Part shown: positions 22,991-36,724 of the stretch, one piece after another
Layout: every line of letters begins with the position of its first letter
How positions within the stretch are numbered: position 1 is the stretch's first letter
From: Octopus bimaculoides
Lineage: Eukaryota
Length of the DNA stretch: 46,742 nucleotides
Direction of reading: 5' to 3'
Assembly (NCBI RefSeq): GCF_001194135.2
Contig: NC_068983.1
Span: forward strand, 50,337,295 to 50,384,036
Position numbers and translations under genes: made by a program
Notes under the pieces: model-generated
Seen by the model: the letters and a program-made list of their open reading frames with translations, nothing else
Database searches by the model: none
Told to the model about the DNA's origin: nothing

Positions 22991-23751
22991 GTACAATAAT
23001 AAGTTATATTATCCTGAATTGTGTGCTAAACGAACTATCAAAACGAGATAAGTAAACAAGGATTTTAACGACTGCATTTATAATATACAATATAAAATTC
23101 TGATAGACAATTAGTAGTTTAAACACGAATAAATGACGTAGGTTATATTGCACAACTAGAAATTTATTGCGAATTATCCCCCGTAAGACAAGAAAGATAT
23201 TCAGCGTAGTAGAACAGTAATTACAACAAATAACCACAAAATAACAACGAAAAAATTTGTTTTCGATCTTCAAGAAATACTAATGCAAACAGCTTTGAAA
23301 GAAAAAAATGTCTGACAACCAAACTTGAATTCCAGTTCAAATTTAAGCTAGAGTTTCGACTATAGCCTGTCATGATAAATGTTACGCAGGTAAACATCTA
23401 CATGGCAAATGCTAGATGGAACTGAAAGATTAGGAATAGAGAAATACCAGAAATTTGGTGAGAAATGTGTGACATATACAAGAGACTGAAGTGAATGTAT
23501 TTGAAATACGACTTAGTATACCTCGCCAAAAAGAAAAAAGAATAATGTAGTGAAGCACAATACACTAAATGATTTCAAAATATGTTGAGATGATGAAGAA
23601 TCTATTCCCCACATTCTCTTTTGGTGTCCTGTTTTAACCAAGAATATATACAACCGCAAGAGACATACACTGCATAATATACCAAATGTGTAAACTGCCA
23701 AGAGAACAGATATGATATTGCAATTCTATATTTAAAAGATGAGAGCTTATG

Positions 23752-23892
23752 TACATTATTTACATTTGACGGATATTTGTCCTCATCTTCTTTGTTGCTA
23801 ACACAACGTTTCGGCCGATATACTCTCCATCATTCATCAGGTATCTTGGGGAATTTTCGAACCTGGGTTCTCATTCCTAAGGTATTTGTCAA

Positions 23893-23928
<36 letters not shown>

Positions 23929-24016
23929 CATTATTATTATTATTATTCAGGTCACTGCCTGGAATCGAACTCACAATATTGGGGTTAGTATCCCGCGCTC
24001 CTAACCACTACGCCAT
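23752..24016 (-). mobile_element. SINE family E: tRNA-like head, (AAT)n, and a hammerhead-containing tail
   Basis: Minus strand: A-box TGGCGTAGTGG (24015-24005), B-box GTTCGATTCC (23970-23961), (AAT)n at 23946-23895, then a unique tail with a hammerhead core at 23845-23800. Confidence 0.8.
23800..23845 (-). ncRNA. Type-I minimal hammerhead ribozyme (core intact, stem II degenerate in this copy)
   Basis: Minus strand: gatac-CTGATGA-atgatggagagtatatcggcc-GAA-acgt-T-gtgtt. Stem I gatac/gtgtt pairs with two G-U pairs. Stem III is the palindrome ACGT and the cleavage triplet is GUU. Confidence 0.65.
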
Positions 24017-26429
24017 TGCTATTCACCAAATAAAGAAAATATGAAAGGGGGCAATCAAATAGACATTTTCAAAATATCTCTGTTATAGGATAAAGGCTAC
24101 CTGAAAATCAAAAGATTTTTCGGGTAAAGTTGTAAGCATCTTAGTCAAGGGACATAACAACTTTCGAATATAAGTCGCATCAAAAGAAATCGAGACGCAG
24201 TCTACATCAAATGGGATTAGTCAGAACTAAGTAACTGAAAACGAAGAAGGTGGTGGAGTAATTGTAGCACTTGGTATGAGACAGAATATTACGAGCGATA
24301 AAATGGGTTAATCGTGTTTTGGACTCTCACAGTACGAACTAAATATCAAGATTCTACGTAAATCCTTGGGCTAACAGTATTTTCAGCCAAAATGGCACAC
24401 AAGTGAAATTTATTAAAAATAAAACAAACAACAGAAAATGAAAATTGAAGGTGCTAAAGCGCCCCAGTCAATATGGAATAAAACTCTGTCTTAAAGTGAA
24501 TATTTTCTATAGTGTCATGGATACATTTGTTCTTAGATATTAGAACTTGTTTATAAATGGCGTGAAGGAAAATCACACAATCATAATCGACTCTTAGTAA
24601 ACGCTTCCGCACAGCAATTATGTATGAAAGACTGGCAATTTCTACACAGTTATAGATCTGAAAGGAATCATGACATTGATCTTAAATTTCGAATGATAAT
24701 CATCTCTAAATTCTGACCGGCACGTACATATATATCAAAAGAGAGGGCTGCAAGACAAATGCTTTGTTTTATATAGGATGTCCTGTTATTACCTCGTATT
24801 TCTTCAGTACAGTGTCAAAAGACGTTTTAACTATTTGTAGGTCACTCTCAGGTAAGGAAGCTCATGAATTTGGTTTCACCCGTATATACAATGCTTTGAT
24901 CGGTTGCATTGCAAAGGAATTGACACTGAAACATGCAACCTGCTCCACTTACGGGACAGAACATGTGAAATGAAAGAATTCCCACAAAGGCGTATATAAT
25001 CTGATAACGGAATTTCATTCTATGCACAATAAATCTTCTAAATCATGATTTTGCCATCGAAATTAAGTGGAACACCCGAGGAAATCGTTTACGATTCTTG
25101 CATTTATCAAGCATTTACAGTCATCAAGCGTTTAGCAATCGAAGGTTATACTAAAACCCAAACTCATCCAGATTTGCAATGATGTTTTGCAGAATAAAGT
25201 TATCCAGAATAGATCTCATTAGAAATGATACTTATAAGAAAGCGTCAGGAGTTAGGATCCTAAATTGGGCAAATACTATGCCATTTCTATATTACGTTTA
25301 GCAATGTTGTGAAATTGAAATTAGCAACACTTGTCAGCAATTACTTTCAGTGTTACTTTCATTCCTGAAATTACAAAACCAGCGAGGTCCCCGGTCGTCT
25401 CTCTATTGAAAAGAGATATTTTCAGGCAACAGCATGCACGAGTGGAAAGGTACAAAAGATTTGGACAGACATTCTAATATTTGCTTTCACACATTTATTG
25501 TTCCCTTCCCAAATACAATATTCGCTCAAATATACACCTAGCGTCCAGGCAGAACATCATTTCCCATTAATAACGACGTGATGGTCGACGAAAGTAAGCA
25601 TATAGATTGCCTGACACCATTACATTATTCGTTCGAATAGTCGGAAAACCCATACACATCTGCTTGGATACACGTAGTTTGTGGTTAGAAATGGATTTGA
25701 TTTCTTCTTGCTTTTTTTGTTATGTTTCTCTTCTCTGAGGCCAGATCATTGAATTGTTTTCACATATCACATACTAATAGTCTGAATAATTAGCAAACCT
25801 ACGCGATAGGTATCCTACAAGGTTACCGTTTATTAATCTGACATCACTGTATAATTACAGAGTGCTTACACTGATAGGAGCTATTACATTTGGACTTGCT
25901 CATCTGCGAAATTCAGGAAAAAGGAGGCAGAAAAGTAGAACATCAAAATCAATTATGAATGTCCATATTAACAATAGCTACGTGGCATTAGCAATTTAAC
26001 ACTAGCTATTTGGCCAACACTGTATCAGCTTTCATTCTGTTGACGGACTGACACCATTGAATTGGAAAACTCCCAAATGTTCACAGAAGCCTAAAGAAAC
26101 CTAGCATCCAGCCCCACTATAGAGTGGCCGATCAAGTGGCACTTTATATCGTTTTCCCTGTTCAGGTTGATAAATAACATTATCTAATTAAAATTTTTTT
26201 CCAATGCGACACATTCTGAAATATACATATAATCTACTATGCGACGCTTCTATTTAACTGCTACATATTTTTAAAGATCCATGAAGGATGACAGATGGCG
26301 GGATTGGAGTGATTTGAACTCAGAATCAAACACGATATAATCGAATATTAAATGTGATTTTGTCCACTTTCCTATAAACTCTGCCAAACTATTTCCCTCC
26401 GATAAAAGCAAATATATATGTTTCACATA

Positions 26430-26630
26430 GACAAAAGGTTTTAAATTTCCAGTAGGTTATATTTAATTACTTCGACCCAACACTTAAATGGTACCTTATG
26501 TTCTTGACCCAAGGATGACATGAAGAATGTTCGACTTTGGTGGTATTTAAACTCGAAATATAAAAAGCCACAACTAAACACAGCAAATCATTTTATCCTA
26601 TATACTACCAATTCTGGCTATGGTTCTCCT
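26430..26630 (-). mobile_element. SINE family C, highly diverged copy
   Basis: ttacttcgaccca..tggtacc..ttgaccc..ggatga..ttcgactttggtggtatttaaactc, homologous by eye to 30150-30250. Confidence 0.55.
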
Positions 26631-29241
26631 CCCTGAGAATATTAATATTAATGAAAACAAGATTATGCATTATGACGCTCAATAAGAAAAAGTACAAAAA
26701 ATACGATTCAATAACATCTCAGAATCAAAGAACAAAATTAGCGAATGATGTAGATAGTAATGCGCTTTGTATTTGTTTGACAGAAAATACAACGAATACA
26801 TATTTTACGAGGTCGGTGTATTGATCATGCAACAAATATATTGTTTACTATAAAAAGAAAATACATATATATATCGACCGATCATACTGAAAAAGGCTGG
26901 AAAAAAATTAAAAAGTATAGGATAAAAAAATAGACGAACGAACGATAAATAAGATATATCAATGACCGACAATACATTCGATAGTAAAAGCAATATCCAG
27001 TAGAATTTATGAGGAAATGCTGCAGAGTCAATTTAATGTGATCACGCTACGAAATACGTGTAAGACAAGCGATAGAAGGTGTGTCCTATACATATGTTAA
27101 CTCCTAATAATAAATCTCAAAAATGGTTGTATATCAAAATAAAAGGACAACATCACAGAAACGTTGGATCAAGGAGCAAATAACACCTTGTAATTTTTTA
27201 CATATTACACAACCTTTCAAAACACAACAGACGTCCGAAATGAAAAAGGAAGCTTCTACGAGATTGTATAACTTGCTAATATTTCTATAATTCACATTTG
27301 CTGTTAGGCAATTGTGAAAGCTTTCAGAAATGACAATACTGATCTTCCTCAACCTTCAGTGTTTGGGTGAAAGCGCAGGAACTTAGGAAAACATTCTTAA
27401 AACGTACCCTACTGCGGTAAAAATAATCGGAGAAACATTATCAGTATATTTATGAATACAGGAAAGATAACAAAAAGAAACGGAACTGAAGCGACAGGAG
27501 TCATGCTAATTCTTAGATTTCCTCTTTCCTTTAATTAGATAGCAACACTTGATTTGTAATGGCTATACTAAACGGAACAACCAAATATTCCAGATGAGAC
27601 GATCATATATTGAATCTATACAAGAAATAAATCACAAATCGCAAATACGAATATAGATGCAATCTTTAATTACCACACTAAAAACCACCAAAACGGCAGC
27701 AGAAAACAATGGATTCAATTTGCGGTGTATAACATAAAGAAAACGTTCAAAGGAAACAATGATTTGGTAGTCATGAAATATTTCTCCATATTGTATACAA
27801 AACCAGGTCACAGATGTGTGGTCTATATATCCAGTAAACCCACCAGAATTATCATTTATATATTTCAAACCTCGCACAAAGTCTTAAAGATGAAAGCATA
27901 CAGAGTTCAATATATCATGCGATGAACGACGCGAGAAAAAGACGAAACAGCTGTATGCCCACAAATTTGCTTTATATTTATCATAAAAGAAAACATTGAA
28001 GTTAGAAAATTAACAGAGTGGAGAAATAATTTTAAAGGTCTATAAGGATATCTCTAAGCCTAGATACACTATTAAACAATGAAGCATCAATATTTATATA
28101 TATGTAGAAATGCGTTCGGCTGGACTAAAGAGTAAATGTATATATCGATAAACTAAATGTCCTAACTTTCTGAGTAGCCAGGTACTATCCAGAAGAAGAA
28201 TATTTCACATTTTAATACAGTATATCATCTGTCACACAAATATAAAAAAAGAATGAGACAAAATGTCAGACAATAAGTGACAAGAAGTAAAAAAAGAAAA
28301 AAAATTATGACAGATCACTACCCAATAGAATACAGTTATTAATGTGTCAAATATGTGCCTTCGAAAATAGAGGAAAATATATTATGCAAATATATAAAGG
28401 AAGTAAGAGAGAATAATATATCAAGGATTGAAGCGATTGCTTGTGCGATAAAAAGTCATTTCAAAAACAAGAACTCGTCTATAACGGAAATCACATAACT
28501 GACAAGAAAATTAAAATTTTCTATGGGAACATATATCAAAATACATAGATTTGAATCGTTATGTAACTGAAGAAAATACAATACCGCTACAGTTATATAT
28601 CTACGTAACCAGCAGGACGATTATCAATACATTGAAGTCAATTGGCAAGATGGTTCTAGAATTGAAATCAGCGTAATATAATGTTCATATGCATGGCCTG
28701 TATATGTCGAGCTGTAGCTATGGAATTCAATCTATTACAACGGAGGAAATGTCTACAACACTTGGATATTAACTAAATGGTATAATACTATTAATCTATT
28801 TTATGGATAGTAGAAGAGCAGCTTTTTCTCACTAATAATGGCATCGAAAACTAACGTCGTCGACAGCATTACAAAAATCCTGATATTTTTTAATCTGGTT
28901 TTTCATCTGAATTTAATATGTACCATCAGGAACTGCGCTAAATTAAATTACATATGGTTAAAACAACTCACGATTAATTATATATTATTTGTCTAAGTGA
29001 AATTTTAAAACTGACGTCAAGAAACAAAATGCTTTTAGAGTGATATTAAATTTGATATATCAAGAAATCAACAATCTGCACAGAAAAGAGAGAAATGTTC
29101 TCAAAACTTACTCATAACATTTGACTCAGACAATGAATGTGTTTTGCGAATACGATCTCATCTACAAATATATGGCAATGGATGAATCTGAAAAAAAAAA
29201 ATGCCATTGGAGGAAAATGAACAATCCTTAGAAATCTAAAA

Positions 29242-29396
29242 GCTGTGAGCTGTCAGAATCGTTACAATATCGAAAAAAAGGCTTAGCTGCATTTCTTCCG
29301 GCTCAAATTCGGCCGAAGTTGATTTCGTCTTTCATCCTTTCTGGATTGATGAAATAAAATACCTGTCAATTACTGGGATCGACGAAATCGGCTAAC
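29242..29396 (+). mobile_element. SINE family C, diverged copy with a deletion
   Basis: gagctgtcagaatcgtta...caaattcggccgaagttgatttcgtctttcatcctttc...actgggatcgac. Confidence 0.7.
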
Positions 29397-30099
29397 ATTT
29401 TGCTCCTTAAACTGTTGGTCTTATGTTAGATTGTACACAGTTCCTTATAAATCCGCAATCAATAATCAGTATAAAAATAAAGGATATTATATATAAATAC
29501 ACTAGCAACGAGTTAATACGACATGATTTTGTTAGAATCATATACATGTTCATTGAAATGGCGATTTTTGATATGAATACCTGAAATTTATTCAACACGA
29601 TGTAAAATTATCCCACAAATTGTATTATGTATATTTAATAGATACATTTATCGTATGAACATGGAGAACACAAAAAATTGCAAAGAGAAACCCATTACAA
29701 AAGTAAACTTAGTGAATCTAAAAAGAATCAAACAAAAATAAATGTCGTATAACATGAGAAGCAAGGCAGCTGACAGGAAGCATATGAAACAAAATTTTGG
29801 CTCCATACATGAAGGAAATAACGACTCTAAAAGGTAATTACATCAAGGAAACCATCTGCATAAGGAAATATTGAGAATAACAAAACACAAAAATCAACGT
29901 AGGAAAAGAAATGAACAAAAAGAGGACCTCAAAAAATTTAAAAAATCCTTATGTTAGCTGTTATCTTACAAGACAAGAAATGTGGTTAAAAAATCGTGCC
30001 CTTAAATTACAACAGAAGCCCATAATGTGTACTATGGGGTTTATTATAAATATCTACTCATTAAAATAAAAAAACCTAGCAAACTGAAATAACGTTTAA

Positions 30100-30300
30100 T
30101 ATTTTGGCACATGGAGAGTAAATTTGGAGTAGTGGGTAAGTTGATAAAATCAATCCCAGTTTTCAACTGGTACTCATTTTATCGACCCCGAAAGGATGAA
30201 AGGCCAATTAGACCTTCGCAGATTTTGTAGTTAGAGCGTGAAGACGGACGAAATGTCGCTAAGCATTTTCGCGGCTTGTCAACAATTTTGCCAACGGACC
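30100..30300 (-). mobile_element. SINE family C
   Basis: caactggtactcattttatcgaccccgaaaggatgaaaggc...gacggacgaaatgtcgctaagcattttcg; matches 8757-8920 and the reverse complement of 13010-13185. Confidence 0.85.
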
Positions 30301-30390
30301 AAAGATAATTACATATAAAACGGGCAACATATATGTAATTTAACATTGTTAACGCACTTCCATAACAGAAGACAGGTATGTTACTATACA

Positions 30391-30430
<40 letters not shown>

Positions 30431-31424
30431 TACACTTATATATACATATTTATATACGCATGCATACATAATATATGTACATTTGTATGTTTGTATGTAT
30501 GTGTATATATATATATCATGTACGTATATTTATACACGTATGTAATATACCAAGGTATGTAAAATGCGTGTCTTTTGTTAATAAAACATGAGCAAACGCA
30601 CGAATATAATCTGTTGGTCTTGATTTTAGAATAATTACTAAAGACTACCCTGGGTATGTATCGTATTTATACTATTTAATAGCATCACTCCCTGCATATA
30701 TTCCAAGCCTTTACCTCCTTATTCAATGAAGATTGTCAGCATGAATAAAAAAAACTCTGAAATAATACACTAACACAATATAAAAGCAAACCAATCTAAA
30801 AAGAAACTAAAAAAATTCAAATTAATATGATCCTATTACATATCTAAACCCCCTAGTTTATACCGTGTATATATGCAGAGTTCGCAATATGAAGCACTGA
30901 AATGCAATACAAGAAATTCCTGACAGGAAGGAAATAATAGAAAATGTTAGAAATTCATTTCACAAACTTATGTCATGCCAGGAAAGAAAAATCAATATGT
31001 ATCACGATTTTAGGGAGTTTTAATAAGAATATATATTGTTAGTATAATAAAAATTCCATAAAATTTAATTTATACTCGCTTAACACACAACCAAATGTGA
31101 CAAACATCATTATAAATGAATACGTCAGTATAATGGCTTAGACAGATATATTCTTTTTTCATTCCCCATGTATTACGAAAATGTTAAGATAGACATTGCA
31201 CTACAAATATAAAGATGTCATGGATGTTCATGGCTGTAACATATATCACTGATTCACTGAATTAAAACAGTTTCACAACATTTTGTCTCTTTTCGTACCA
31301 GTAGTTTCATTGCTACAGCATGATTTCTGTTCTTACTCGCATATAATATATTAATGCACAGGTATACATGGACAGGTTTACATATAAACGCGAGTCTTGA
31401 GTTTGTATCTTTGTGTATGTGTGT

Positions 31425-31475
31425 GAGCATATATATACATATATGTATGTATGAATATGTATATATATAGATGTA

Positions 31476-31506
<31 letters not shown>

Positions 31507-31660
31507 NNNNNNNNNNNNNNNNNNNNNNNNNNNNNNNNNNNNNNNNNNNNNNNNNNNNNNNNNNNNNNNNNNNNNNNNNNNNNNNNNNNNNNNNNNNNNN
31601 NNNNNNNNNNNNNNNNNNNNNNNNNNNNNNNNNNNNNNNNNNNNNNNNNNATATATGTAT
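31425..31660. repeat. TA/TATG microsatellite with a gap
   Basis: Direct reading. Confidence 0.9.
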
Positions 31661-32587
31661 ACAGATAGTGAACAGATAGTGAACAGATTAAATGGAAATT
31701 CATTACCGGCGAGATTTGAACACACAGACATCTTCAACCTAACATATCAATCGTTAAATATTATACAATATACTATGGGGAAGATTGATAGAAACATAAG
31801 ATACTATGCAATGTTTAGTACTTTTTGTTCTGCGATTAAAATCACAGAATGTTTGAATTGAAATTCATCATTGAAGTTTTGATGAAATAAGTAGCCCCAA
31901 TGGATAGTTGTCGAAATAATCGACTATAACTATATTTTAATATTGGTAAACGTGTCAATTTATTTCTTCATCATACAGTGTGATGATGTGTGAAACTGCC
32001 TGTCGAAAATGGTTTGCCGATAGAAAAAGGGCATGCAGTGTTTAGTTCTGTTTCTTCTGTTTCTATTAGGGGACAGACTATATAAACGAAGCAGCTCCTG
32101 TAAGAACTAAAATTGAAACATTGAATGTAATAATAAAAATGCGTAAATATATTTCGTAAAATAATTGGGGACGAGTCAAGTTTTTGAGTCAATTAATCAC
32201 AAATATATTTTATAAAAATATGCCCCTTGTACGAGTGTTACTTAAGAATTAAATCGAAGGCGAAATGAAGTACCAGCCATTGCTATCGATTAAAGCTTCT
32301 CTTTACATTCATGGCCTTGTGCCAAACTTTGAAGCAATTATCTTATATATAATTCCCTTCAGTGACGTGTATCGTTATACAATGTTGTTCTGTGATATTG
32401 GTCTCTTATCTAGTTTATATTGTTATAAATAATGTTGAGTGACTGTAAAGATAGCACAGAACATATTTGATTCAGACATTAGTGATTGTATGTCTGTGTA
32501 GTTGCAATAGATATGAATGTTATATTAATGCAATGCAAATAGGGTAATCCCCCATATCGGTACGTATCGAATTTCGTCTCAGTTAAA

Positions 32588-32598
32588 ATATACATACA

Positions 32599-32629
<31 letters not shown>

Positions 32630-32640
32630 GTATATATATC
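32588..32640. repeat. (TACA)n microsatellite
   Basis: Direct reading. Confidence 0.9.
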
Positions 32641-32969
32641 GAGGTTAAATGGCGAGAAGAAATATGACAGAAAATTAAGTAAGAGAAAAAAATAATGTAA
32701 AGTATATATAATGCAGTGTGAAAAATAGGAATAGATATCGATGTTTCGGACAGTTTTCCTTTCTTAATATCAGTGGAGAGAGATAAAAGAGTAAAATATT
32801 TTGAAAGGAAATAAACAATGTGGGATCCTGAAAGATAAGTTCTGCTGGATTGGCAGACAGTAGTAAGTAGGAAGAGTGGTTTTTAGCATAATGCACGTAC
32901 GGGGGCAAAGTGAATTATGCGTAACGATGACGTAATGGATATTGTTTGTCTATGTCTATGCGTTTGTAC

Positions 32970-32970
32970 G

Positions 32971-33003
<33 letters not shown>

Positions 33004-33030
33004 GTCAGGGCATGTATATATATGTGTGTG

Positions 33031-33066
<36 letters not shown>
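32970..33066. repeat. (TA)n/(TG)n microsatellite
   Basis: Direct reading. Confidence 0.9.
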
Positions 33067-33067
<1 letters not shown>

Positions 33068-33419
33068 CTGCGTGCTTTTACTTGTGACTCCGAGAATTCA
33101 AGTTATCAGTGGTGTTTGAGGGAGAAAGAAAGATTGTAAGTGAATAAGTGTATTCGCGTGTATAGAGATTGTGTGTGTCATTAGGATTTATAATGTGCGA
33201 ATGTTGTGGACCAGGAATATATTGCGTGGTATTTTTATTTGATCAAATGTAAAATATATGTGAATATGTATATATATTTTATTTCTAAAACAGAGGAGGC
33301 TTAAAATATGCTAGTGAGGTTTATGTGTATATAACAGATATTGTATTGATGATGTAAATATAACATAAACATATACCTCTAGAGTTCATGTGATTTTGTT
33401 ATGAAGAAAATAAAATTAG

Positions 33420-34310
33420 AAACCTGTGTGTGAATATAAGCAGGTGTTTGTTAGGAAACACACGTTGGAGGAAAGCAAGCCTTTCATTCATGTCGGTGAG
33501 TACATCTGTGTTCATTCCGTTGAATAACGGTTATATTGACTGCGGGTTCAGTGAGTTTGGCAAGGGATGAAAGAAATATATGCTGGAACTGATCAACAAG
33601 TTTCATTAGAAGCAAAAGAGGTGGTATTGTGAAAAGTTATAGAAGGCTGACGGTTGAACTTAGAAAAGCAAATATTATATAGCATAGTGGGCCGCAAACG
33701 TTTTATTTGAAATGAAAAATGAGAGAAGAGAGAGGGGTTGATCTGTTGTTGGAGAGCAATAAAGCGGATGTGCAGTCGATAGTGGCAGCTGGAGAGTAGC
33801 AGTATACCAGACAGGATGGTGTTAACGATGTCATTGGAGCAGGTGGTTGGTCTTAACCAAAACGTTAGTATCTAAGCCATAAAGACATATCGAAATAGAC
33901 GGATTTTGGGTAGGTCATTGTAGGTCCGATGAGAGTTGAGTGGGTTTAGGCAAAATCAACTTGGGAATTTGTGTCGATACGTGTTTGAACTGACAATAGA
34001 AAAGCTAATGTAGATAAAGGAAATGAAGAACTCGAGCAATATACCAGCAGCTGCGAATATATAAGGCAGGACAGAAATTGCCTTTTCAATGCAGAAAGTG
34101 ACAAATGTTTGTAGACAAGAGAAGCGACCTCGATAGGGTTGTCGATGTACCGAGTTTGAACAAGAGCCCAGTGAATGTAGTCAATGTCTGGGCTATAGGT
34201 TTATCCTCATCCATGAACAGATTGTTGTACGGCTCTTGGTTTCATGAAGCGCCGGTTTATTTTGTGTAACATCCCAAATGTCTTGTTTCTAATTACCAAC
34301 CGTACACAGA
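33420..34310 (-). mobile_element. Old, heavily decayed Penelope-like element RT region (the element probably continues to the hammerhead relic near 32730)
   Basis: Minus-strand pieces in PLE order: PYNNLFM (around 34232-34212), FTGLLFK, RYIDN (34152-34138), NFCPAL, LHFLYL (cf. LPFLDI), IDCTSAL (cf. VDRASAL in the 2-1465 element). There are many stops and frameshifts. Confidence 0.68.
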
Positions 34311-36199
34311 ATTGCATTAAAGTAATTCCCAGGAAAATGTTTTGCCAATAGCGTATATAAAGAAAAAAATATAAGTACATATTGATAACGTACCCGTGGT
34401 CACTCACAGTCAGTTAACATCAACATATTAAAATATATAAAAGCAGTTTAAAATAAGGAATACGTACTATAACCTCTAAACAGAAATCAATTGCAATAAC
34501 CGCAGAAATGACAATTAGTAAAGTAGTATCAAGTTCTCCGATGAAATCATTGTTCACCTAAATATATAATCAAAACAGTTATTTCTGCAGCACACCCACA
34601 ATATACAAAGAGGAACGCATATAAGCTTTATACTATTTTTATACAAAAGCAATTAACTAGTCGATAAATTTGCTGGCAGTCACTAAAGATTTGGCAACCT
34701 TATACAAATAGCGAAACAGTCAAAAAATTCCTAGAACACCTTTTCCAATAAAATGAACGCTGTTATACTTTTAGCCTGACCAGGCAATGAATATTCATGA
34801 ATTATTTTATTTTGTTTTTATAAAAACATTCTTTTTGCTTCCGGAAAGCTTGGCAATGACCGACTGAATTTACTGTACATATATTTACTGGTATACGAAG
34901 GGATATGTAACAAACTGGCTATTTTCAAATTCACCTAATTAGTTTTAGTGAGCGACTAAACTGCTGGAATATGCAGCCATTTTCTTTTTTCATTAACATC
35001 GTTTGCGTTTCGCTTTTTTTCTCGTAGCAGATCACCAACATTCGTTGCTGTTATTCGTAATTTGCTCCTCCATGCTGCATTATTTTGTTTTATAATATCT
35101 TAAAGCGTAGAGCGTATTCAAATATTGATAGAGTACTTTATCTGAGTAACGATTGCCAATATTTGAAAAAAGAAAAAGTAAACGGGTTTTAAAAAAACAG
35201 TAGCTCCTTAGGAAAGCCATAATAATAATAGTGATGATGTTGATGACGATGAATGTGAGGATGATAAATGTGCGGATGCGGAAAAAAAGAATTATGATGA
35301 TAATGGTAATGTATTGAATTGTTCTATTTTTCAGGCTCCATTTTTTTTTTAAAGAGCACAGCTGCTTCAATTGTACTAACACACAAATCAGACATTTTAT
35401 TGTAAGGATTCTTCAATATTATTTGCTCTTCTTTATAAACTAACATAAATAAATATATTTAAAAAAAGGGGAAAAACATAGAAAGAGAGAAGGAAGGTTT
35501 CGTAAATAAATATCTGTTGTAGCAACATTTGGCAAAACTTTTCTTAAATATTTATCATTTCAAACGTATTCAACTTATATCTTAACTTCCCTTGGTGATT
35601 GGGAATCAACATATGCGTAGTTAGAACAGGTTTAACGGAAATATCTTAAACAGTAGGAAGAATAAATCTTATCATAAACTTGTATGGAAGACCAATGAAG
35701 AGATTACTTGAAGTGAACAAACAATTTCCTGGGCCTTAATGTATTCCTTTAGGTGCATAGTATACCTGGTCGAACACATTCATGAGCATAATTTTCAGCA
35801 ATCAGCATGCTTTGGTATAACACCAGGAACCATATTTATACATGGACACGTTGGAATTTTCAGGTTTTGAAATGCCAAGCAAGCTTAGGTTTTTCAAACC
35901 TATAAGAAATACGCTTGTATTACAAAATTAACTCGGTAATATTTGTTTAAACGTCTTGAATTACGAGCGCATTAAAAATTACTAATATTTGTCTATACGT
36001 CTTGACACATGTAATGGTTACTGATAATAGGCCCCCTAGACATTACATTCTCGTGTCCTAGACTTACAGAGTCAGTTATCTAGTTCCCATGATATATAGG
36101 TGATCGAGAACATAAGATTTCCTCCTAAATGCTTGTACTCTTTTAGAGATAGTTATCTGGAGCAACGTGAAATGAAGTTCTTTGCTAAAAAAAGTGTAA

Positions 36200-36275
36200 C
36201 ACTTGGATTCGAAGCCATGACTGTACGATCATGAATGCCACACTAACCAGTAATCCACGTACATTCACGGTCAGC
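36200..36275 (-). mobile_element. Degenerate tRNA-derived SINE head
   Basis: Minus strand cgtggattactggttagtgtggcattcatgatcgtacagtcatggcttcgaatcc resembles the family D head at 36375. Confidence 0.45.
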
Positions 36276-36374
36276 TTGTTGATAAAAACTACGAAATCCT
36301 CCTTAAGTTATACTCAAAAATGGTTAAGAAAATACTTCTATGTAATTTACTGAGGAATATATTCTGATATATGT

Positions 36375-36674
36375 GAAGGCACGTGGCTCAGCGGTTAGAG
36401 TGTCGAGCTTACAATCACGAGGTTGTGACTTCGATTCCTGGACCGGGCTGCGTGTTGTGCTCTTGAGCAAGACACTTTATTTCACGTTGGATATCATCGG
36501 TGGCGTGGGGAGGAAAGGCTGGTATGCATGGGCGAATGCTGGTCTACCATAAAAGCAACCCTAGGTTGTGCGTTCACCGGTGAGGCGACTTTCTGCCCAG
36601 ATTTGTTCCGCTGAAGGGAACCGCGTAGGTGTATCATGAAGGGTCATTCATGGTCATTCGGGACCCACGGAGTC
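36375..36674 (+). mobile_element. SINE family D (tRNA-derived, CORE-like segment)
   Basis: A-box tggctcagcgg, B-box acttcgattcc, CORE-like ttgtgctcttgagcaagacactttatttcacg, then a GC-richer body. Confidence 0.8.
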
Positions 36675-36724
36675 GAGTTTATATTATCATCAGACAAAAC
36701 AATGATTACACTTATATGGCTTTA

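Noticed and set aside
27614-27925. About 103-codon stop-to-stop open frame
   Set aside because: No recognisable motif and no splice or start context; it overlaps an opposite-strand ORF.
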